DNA from: Bacteroidota bacterium
Lineage (GTDB): Bacteria > Bacteroidota > Bacteroidia > AKYH767-A > OLB10
Direction of reading: 5' to 3'
NCBI GenBank assembly: GCA_031366005.1
Contig: JANLZB010000055.1
Location: forward strand, 1,179 to 65,178
DNA: 64,000 nucleotides
Below are positions 58,510-64,000 of the stretch, one piece after another (position 1 is the stretch's first letter; every line of letters begins with the position of its first letter). The translations under genes were made by a program, and so were the position numbers. Below the pieces are notes generated by a model. The model did not search any database. It worked only from the letters and a program-made list of their open reading frames with translations, and was not told where the DNA came from.

Positions 58510-60918
58510 CTGTGACTGTTTTTTTAAACCAATAATTGAAAATCCAACTATCAGAATAACAATTAGTGATGAACCAGCCAACGCAATTTTTTGTGTTAAA
58601 TAATAATCCTGTGGTTCAAATTTAAATTTTATTTCATGCGTACCTGCAGGTACACGCAACGCACGCAATACATAATTAACTCTGAAATGATCAGCTTTTT
58701 TTCCATCTACATAAGCCTGCCATCCGTTAGCATAATATATTTCTGAAAACACAGCAAGCTGTTCACTGTTCGTCTGTGTTTTGTAATCAGCTTCGTTTGG
58801 TTGAAAATGTGTGAGTGTAATGCTTGCATTAGAATCAGGTTGAATCTTAAATCCATTCAATTGATTTTTGAATCTTTCATCAATTATTGCAACGTTTTTT
58901 GGATCGAAATTGCTGAGCGCACTCATTTCACTATCAGCATTGGGAACCCATTTTATATCACTTACAAACCAGGCATGTCCTAATGCACCAGGGTTCATTT
59001 GTGCAACAGGTTGTTGTGCGCCTTGTGGCTGAACAATAAAATATTTTGTATTCAGCATATTCAACACCTGCATATTGTTTTTGCTGATCTGGTATTCTAT
59101 CAGTTCCTGGTAGCGTTTCATTTTTGCACCATGATATCCACCGATTGATTTATGAAAATAAGAAGTGCTCGCATCATTGAAAGTACTTACAGTAGTATTC
59201 ATTACTCTGTAATCCGGATCGGGATCTTTTAAAATCTGTTCATCAGCTGCTGAGGCAGTAAACGGAACTTCTACTTTACCTTTTGCAACAAAATGTGTGT
59301 TGTTAAAATAACGCTTGTTCACTGTCCACATATCCAACAGCAATAAGCCTCCAAGTGACAGGTATAAAATCTTTTTTTGAATTTTATTCTGTATGGTAAA
59401 ATAAATTAGCAGCGCTGCAGCAACAATAAAAAATAATGAGCGGAATGCGTCAACCCTTAAAGCGTTAGCCCGGTCTTCTTTTATTGCATCAAGCAACCAT
59501 GGATATTGTGTAAAGTTTGAATCTACTTTACCACTTAATCCCAGCAAGCCGGGTAATATTAAAAACAAGAGACAAATTCCACCGGTGATATAGGTGGAGC
59601 GAAGAAGAGCTTGCTTTCCCTGATTTAAGGGAATACTTCCATCCAGTATTTTTTTCAATCCCAATAATCCTAAAAACGGCATTGTGAATTCAGCGATAAT
59701 TAATGTCATACTCACAGCACGGAATTTATTGTAACCCGGAAAATAATCGAAGAAGATATCAGTAAACCACTGAAAGTTACGTCCCCATGCCAGAAGAATT
59801 GATAACACAGTTGCTGTTAACAACCACCATTTATCTATTTCTTTAATCAACATTAATCCTAACACAAACAGAAAAAATATAATTGCTCCTACATAAGTAG
59901 GTCCGTTGGTGATGGGTTGGTCGCCCCAGTATAGCGGAACACTTTTAATAAACTGTTGTGCCTGTCCTTCACCTGCATTTTGCACTAATGCCTTGTAAGT
60001 TGCCGAATTGCGGTCAAGCTGTGTTTGTGAAGCACCACCCATAAAATCAGGAATAAGCAAAGTCATCGTTTCTGCAATTCCATAACTCCAGTCAGTAGCA
60101 TAATCTTTATCAAGACCAGTCGAAACTTTTTTCTCTGTCAGTTCAGAAGGACCACGCGTACTGTATTTTCCATAATCGTACACTGAATAAAGCGAAGTAA
60201 TATTAGGCAACACAGCAAGGAGTACCGCAGCACTCACCATTCCGGTGCTTTTAAAAAATATAATTATTTGTTTCTTTCTGATTGCATCCACCAGGTACAT
60301 GATAACCATAATGAGCAAAGCCAGTGCTGTGTAATAAGTGATCTGGAGATGATTACTGTAAATCTCAAGGCCCATTCCCATTACCGTTAAAATAAAACCG
60401 GTAACATAATTTTTCTTATATGAAGAAAGTACACCTGCTACCATTACAGGTGCAAATGCAAGTGCCATTGCTTTAGTAACATGACCTGCCTGTATGATGA
60501 TGAAAAAGTAGGAGGAGAATGCATAAGCAATAGCTCCCACTATTGCCAGCCGCTGATCAAATTTTAAAACACATAGCAAAATATAAAAGCCGATCAAATA
60601 AAGAAAAATTAATTGAGCAGGATCAGGTAATCCAAGGGTGGAGATTCTAAATATGTATGCAAAAATATTTTCATGAATAACATTGGAGATTAAATAAGCA
60701 GGCATTCCACTGAACATACTGTTTGACCATAGCGGATCAATTCCGGTTTTTTCACGAAAGTCAACAGTTTCTTTTGAAGATCCCCGCGTAACATTCATAT
60801 CATGCTGATCTACTTTTTTACCACTTAACACAGGAGCACAATAGACTAAAGCAATTAATGCAAACAATGCAATTGCAATCAGATGTGGTATTGATTTCTT
60901 TAGAAGGGATGAGAACAT
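58462..60918 (-). CDS. YfhO family membrane protein (putative GT-C glycosyltransferase)
   Basis: WSNSMFSGMPAY, AGHVTK, NHLQITYY, SIGGYHGAK..RYQEL, FSEIYY..GW, NYVLRAL.VPAG.H. Confidence 0.88.
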   Translation of the reverse strand: MFSSLLKKSIPHLIAIALFALIALVYCAPVLSGKKVDQHDMNVTRGSSKETVDFREKTGIDPLWSNSMFSGMPAYLISNVIHENIFAYIFRISTLGLPDPAQLIFLYLIGFYILLCVLKFDQRLAIVGAIAYAFSSYFFIIIQAGHVTKAMALAFAPVMVAGVLSSYKKNYVTGFILTVMGMGLEIYSNHLQITYYTALALLIMVIMYLVDAIRKKQIIIFFKSTGMVSAAVLLAVLPNITSLYSVYDYGKYSTRGPSELTEKKVSTGLDKDYATDWSYGIAETMTLLIPDFMGGASQTQLDRNSATYKALVQNAGEGQAQQFIKSVPLYWGDQPITNGPTYVGAIIFFLFVLGLMLIKEIDKWWLLTATVLSILLAWGRNFQWFTDIFFDYFPGYNKFRAVSMTLIIAEFTMPFLGLLGLKKILDGSIPLNQGKQALLRSTYITGGICLLFLILPGLLGLSGKVDSNFTQYPWLLDAIKEDRANALRVDAFRSLFFIVAAALLIYFTIQNKIQKKILYLSLGGLLLLDMWTVNKRYFNNTHFVAKGKVEVPFTASAADEQILKDPDPDYRVMNTTVSTFNDASTSYFHKSIGGYHGAKMKRYQELIEYQISKNNMQVLNMLNTKYFIVQPQGAQQPVAQMNPGALGHAWFVSDIKWVPNADSEMSALSNFDPKNVAIIDERFKNQLNGFKIQPDSNASITLTHFQPNEADYKTQTNSEQLAVFSEIYYANGWQAYVDGKKADHFRVNYVLRALRVPAGTHEIKFKFEPQDYYLTQKIALAGSSLIVILIVGFSIIGLKKQSQSEPPVSQNVKKKVGS

Positions 60919-60980
60919 GGTTGAACTGTTTATAGTTTGATTGTTGATTGTTGAATTGTATGATTGAATAGGTGAGATGA

Positions 60981-61217
60981 TTATTTTATTTCTTCGTAAT
61001 CAATATATTCACCTGTATCATTATTACTACTTGAATTCGGTTTATTATTACTCCAAAAAGTTTTCTGATTATTTGTTTGCCTGGTTGTCTGTTGATTTGA
61101 CCTATTGAAATCCTTTACCATTTTTTGAAAATATTTCTGGATGCCATAGAACAAGATTCTCTTTAATAAACCTGAGGCAATTATAAGAACAATAATAATT
61201 AAAAGGATGTCGCTCAT
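60981..61217 (-). CDS. DUF4834-like small membrane protein
   Basis: N-terminal TM helix and C-terminal GEYIDYEEIK. Confidence 0.7.
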   Translation of the reverse strand: MSDILLIIIVLIIASGLLKRILFYGIQKYFQKMVKDFNRSNQQTTRQTNNQKTFWSNNKPNSSSNNDTGEYIDYEEIK

Positions 61218-61222
61218 TGAAC

Positions 61223-62014
61223 TTAACTTTTAGGAGAAACCAAATAATAACAGGTGGTTACTAAAAAATTTCTGAGATATGGAATAGATGTTATAACTTT
61301 TGATTGTAAACGCGGCTTTAGTTTAAATTTTATTTCATAATTAGGATTGATGAAATAAAATTCCTCGAGATCAATCTGATAATTCAATCGGTTCATTAAA
61401 CTTTTAAATTGACCGATCGTAATTCTTGTTGAACGAATGTTGAGTAATTCCTCAATTGAACCTTTTGATTCTCCAAACACTTTTAAAATTCCGGTATAAA
61501 CAGATTGTGGTAACAGATGAAAAAATGGAATTTTAGACAGGATTTTACTCTCTGCAATCTGCTGATGTCCGCCAAAAGGATTTTGCCATGGAGGAAATCC
61601 TAGAAATATTTTTCCATCCGGTTTTAAAAACTGTTTTACATCGTTCATAAATTTTTCATGTCCGTGAATATGTTCTAAAGTATCACGAATGATTATCAAA
61701 TCAAACGTACCACCCAACTCACCCACACGGTTAAAAATATCATCAACAATTAATGTCAATTTCTTTCCTTCTTCCCGCTTCGAAAAAATTTCCTTTGCAA
61801 TATTTACTTTAAACTCTGACATGTCAATCCCGATACATGTACAACCCATTTGCAGAAACGGAAGAAGATTTCCTGCTTCACCACAACCAATTTCCAGAAT
61901 ATGCATACCTGAATGAACAGGTTTTATTTTATTGATAAAAGGAATCACATACTTTTCGGTGGTGTAAGCCTGCTCATCAAAATATTGTAAACGGTTTATG
62001 TGGCGTTCCTGCAT
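61223..62014 (-). CDS. Class I SAM-dependent methyltransferase
   Basis: ILEIGCGEAGNL, RDTLEHI, FPPWQNPFGGHQQ. Confidence 0.85.
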   Translation of the reverse strand: MQERHINRLQYFDEQAYTTEKYVIPFINKIKPVHSGMHILEIGCGEAGNLLPFLQMGCTCIGIDMSEFKVNIAKEIFSKREEGKKLTLIVDDIFNRVGELGGTFDLIIIRDTLEHIHGHEKFMNDVKQFLKPDGKIFLGFPPWQNPFGGHQQIAESKILSKIPFFHLLPQSVYTGILKVFGESKGSIEELLNIRSTRITIGQFKSLMNRLNYQIDLEEFYFINPNYEIKFKLKPRLQSKVITSIPYLRNFLVTTCYYLVSPKS

Positions 62015-62056
62015 AAATTATTTGTTGTTCTGTTTCTTTGCTCCATTAATAGCAAA

Positions 62057-62431
62057 CTAATTAGTTGCTAAGGGTAACTTTCTTATCCTGATATTATGTG
62101 CTTCAATAACTACCAAAGCCCCCTTATTTAAAGGTTCTTCTATCGTATTCCAGTTTTGTTGAATAAGTGAATAAAACAAAGCGGCATTAATATGATGTAT
62201 TCGGAATAATATCACTGAAGGCTTATTATTATTATCAAATGCAAGCAATTCGCCAAAATCAAGATCGTGGGTAATAATAACTTCACCAGCTTCTTTCGCA
62301 ATCAACAGAATAGAACGATCAGTAAGAGTGCCGTTTTCAATTGTTGAAGCAAGCCTGAAAGTGTGTCCATTATTTTTTAATAGAGATCCTAAAACAGGAC
62401 TAATATTTACATCTAAAAGAAAGTTCATCAA
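62057..62431 (-). CDS. DUF5615 family PIN-like (Mut7-C-like) toxin
   Basis: FLLDVNISP, DRSIL..A, IITHDLDFGEL, IRIRKLP. Confidence 0.85.
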   Translation of the reverse strand: MMNFLLDVNISPVLGSLLKNNGHTFRLASTIENGTLTDRSILLIAKEAGEVIITHDLDFGELLAFDNNNKPSVILFRIHHINAALFYSLIQQNWNTIEEPLNKGALVVIEAHNIRIRKLPLATN

Positions 62432-62437
62432 TATAAT

Positions 62438-62683
62438 TCAGGACGCTTTTTTTAATTCAAAAAACTGGTCCTGCATCATTAAAGATGAAAAAGCAAGCGC
62501 TTCATAAATATCATCTTTTTCGAGAAAATTAAATTCTTTTAGCAAATCATCAATACTCATTCCGCTGCTCAGATAATCAAGAATAGTTGCCACAGGCATG
62601 CGCATTCCTCTTATACATGGTTTCCCAAAACACATTTCAGGATCAATAGTTATCCGATTATAAATATGGTGGTGCTGCTGCAT
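62438..62683 (-). CDS. DUF433 domain antitoxin
   Basis: RITIDPEMCFGKPCIRGMR, EDIYEAL-like C-terminal motif; TATATTTG -7 box at 62704-62711. Confidence 0.9.
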   Translation of the reverse strand: MQQHHHIYNRITIDPEMCFGKPCIRGMRMPVATILDYLSSGMSIDDLLKEFNFLEKDDIYEALAFSSLMMQDQFFELKKAS

Positions 62684-62753
62684 GAGATATATTGAATGAT
62701 ATACAAATATAATGTGATTAATTTCCTGTTCAAAATTTAGTTGAATCCAATTG

Positions 62754-64000
62754 TCATCTGCTCAAATACAAATTTCGCTCTCCATAAACCTGTACAAAGA
62801 AATCGTCTTCCAAATCATCAATAAAATAAATGGCTTCGCCTGTTGATTTCATTTCGGGTCCTAATTCTTTGTTTACATCCTGAAATTTATCAAATGAGAA
62901 CACAGGAATTTTTATCGCATAACCTTGTATACGCGGATTGAAATTAAAATCTTTTATTTTCTTTTCTCCTAACATTACTTTGGTCGCGTAATTAATGTAC
63001 GGTTCGTTGTACGCTTTGGCGATGAAGGGAACGGTGCGTGATGCACGTGGATTTGCTTCAATCACATACACCACTTCATCTTTTATCGCAAATTGAATAT
63101 TGATTAAACCTTTTACCTGCATAGCGATTGCAATCTTGCGGGTGTGCTCGTCAATTTGTTTTAGCACATCATCACTTAAATCAAACGGAGGTAAAACCGC
63201 ATTGCTATCACCACTATGAATTCCTGCGGGTTCGATGTGCTCCATCACACCGATGATATAAACATCTTCTCCGTCACATATTGCATCTGCTTCCGCTTCA
63301 ATGGCACGTTCTAAAAAATTATCCAGCAACACTTTGTTGCCCGGAAAATCTTTCATCAAATCTACCACATGCGTTTCTAACTCTTGTTCGTTGATTACAA
63401 TTTTCATGCTTTGTCCGCCTAACACATACGAAGGACGAACGAGCAGCGGAAAACCTAATTGTCGTGATAAGCCAACTGCCTGGTCAGCATCTTCAATCAC
63501 ACCAAACTTTGGATAAGGAATTTTCAAATCTTTTAGCAGCGTTGAAAAACTTCCGCGATCTTCAGCTAAATCCAATGACTCATAACTGGTGCCGATAATT
63601 TTTATTCCGTACTTGTTTAATTTCTCTGCAAGCTTCAAAGCAGTTTGTCCACCCAACTGAACAATTACACCTTCTGGTTTTTCGTGTTGAATGATGTCAT
63701 AAATATGTTCCCAGAAAACAGGTTCAAAATATAATTTGTCTGCGATATCAAAATCTGTTGACACCGTTTCAGGATTGCAATTGATCATGATGGTTTCGTA
63801 GCCACATTCTTTTGCAGCCAACACACCGTGAACACAACTGTAGTCAAATTCAATTCCTTGCCCGATGCGATTAGGTCCGCTTCCTAAAATAATTACTTTC
63901 TTTTTATCACTTGCAACGGATTCATTTTCCATTTCAAAAGTGGAGTAGTAATAAGGAGTTCGCGCTTCAAATTCTGCAGCACAAGTATCCACCAATTTAT
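62754..64000 (-). CDS. carB: Carbamoyl-phosphate synthase large subunit (3' part; 5' end lies beyond the window)
   Basis: VDTCAAEF, GSGPNRIGQGIEFDY, LVRPSYVLGG, GIHSGDS, LGPEMKSTGE. Confidence 0.96.
   Translation of the reverse strand, partial: KLVDTCAAEFEARTPYYYSTFEMENESVASDKKKVIILGSGPNRIGQGIEFDYSCVHGVLAAKECGYETIMINCNPETVSTDFDIADKLYFEPVFWEHIYDIIQHEKPEGVIVQLGGQTALKLAEKLNKYGIKIIGTSYESLDLAEDRGSFSTLLKDLKIPYPKFGVIEDADQAVGLSRQLGFPLLVRPSYVLGGQSMKIVINEQELETHVVDLMKDFPGNKVLLDNFLERAIEAEADAICDGEDVYIIGVMEHIEPAGIHSGDSNAVLPPFDLSDDVLKQIDEHTRKIAIAMQVKGLINIQFAIKDEVVYVIEANPRASRTVPFIAKAYNEPYINYATKVMLGEKKIKDFNFNPRIQGYAIKIPVFSFDKFQDVNKELGPEMKSTGEAIYFIDDLEDDFFVQVYGERNLYLSR

Noticed and set aside
62754-62800. Truncated CarB lacking the MGS domain
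   Set aside because: A short CarB ending this way is, to my knowledge, normal in many Bacteroidota, and the stop is clean.
3203-63516. The many short (60-190 aa) antisense or overlapping ORFs in the track
   Set aside because: They lie opposite or inside well-supported genes and show no recognisable motifs; treated as shadow ORFs.

Overview
A 64 kb, AT-rich chromosomal segment from a Bacteroidota bacterium. The assignment rests on T9SS C-terminal sorting domains, TAnnTTTG -7 promoter boxes and a short CarB ending without an MGS domain. Most of the window is housekeeping (gap, lipA, AddA-like helicase, pruA, recR, trmB, pdhB, etfAB, carB). It also carries two surface-glycan loci (1-5041 and 49487-62014), a six-gene signalling cluster (10249-17935) followed by two secreted or anchored beta-rich proteins, two Kelch-repeat T9SS proteins and three stand-alone toxin-antitoxin pairs. 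No rRNA, tRNA, CRISPR array, integrase or transposase was seen. The most striking unexplained structure is that many gene junctions hold a short repeat element. These are inverted arms built from ~7-nt units, longer 23-28 bp terminal inverted repeats, or REP-like hairpins, from about ten sequence families. Some of these elements have entered coding sequences in frame or overlap start and stop codons. Other notable points are an in-frame TGA in a membrane histidine kinase, a sigma-54 activator with no DNA-binding domain, and several apparently leaderless genes. All product calls come from motif recognition by eye; no database searches were run.
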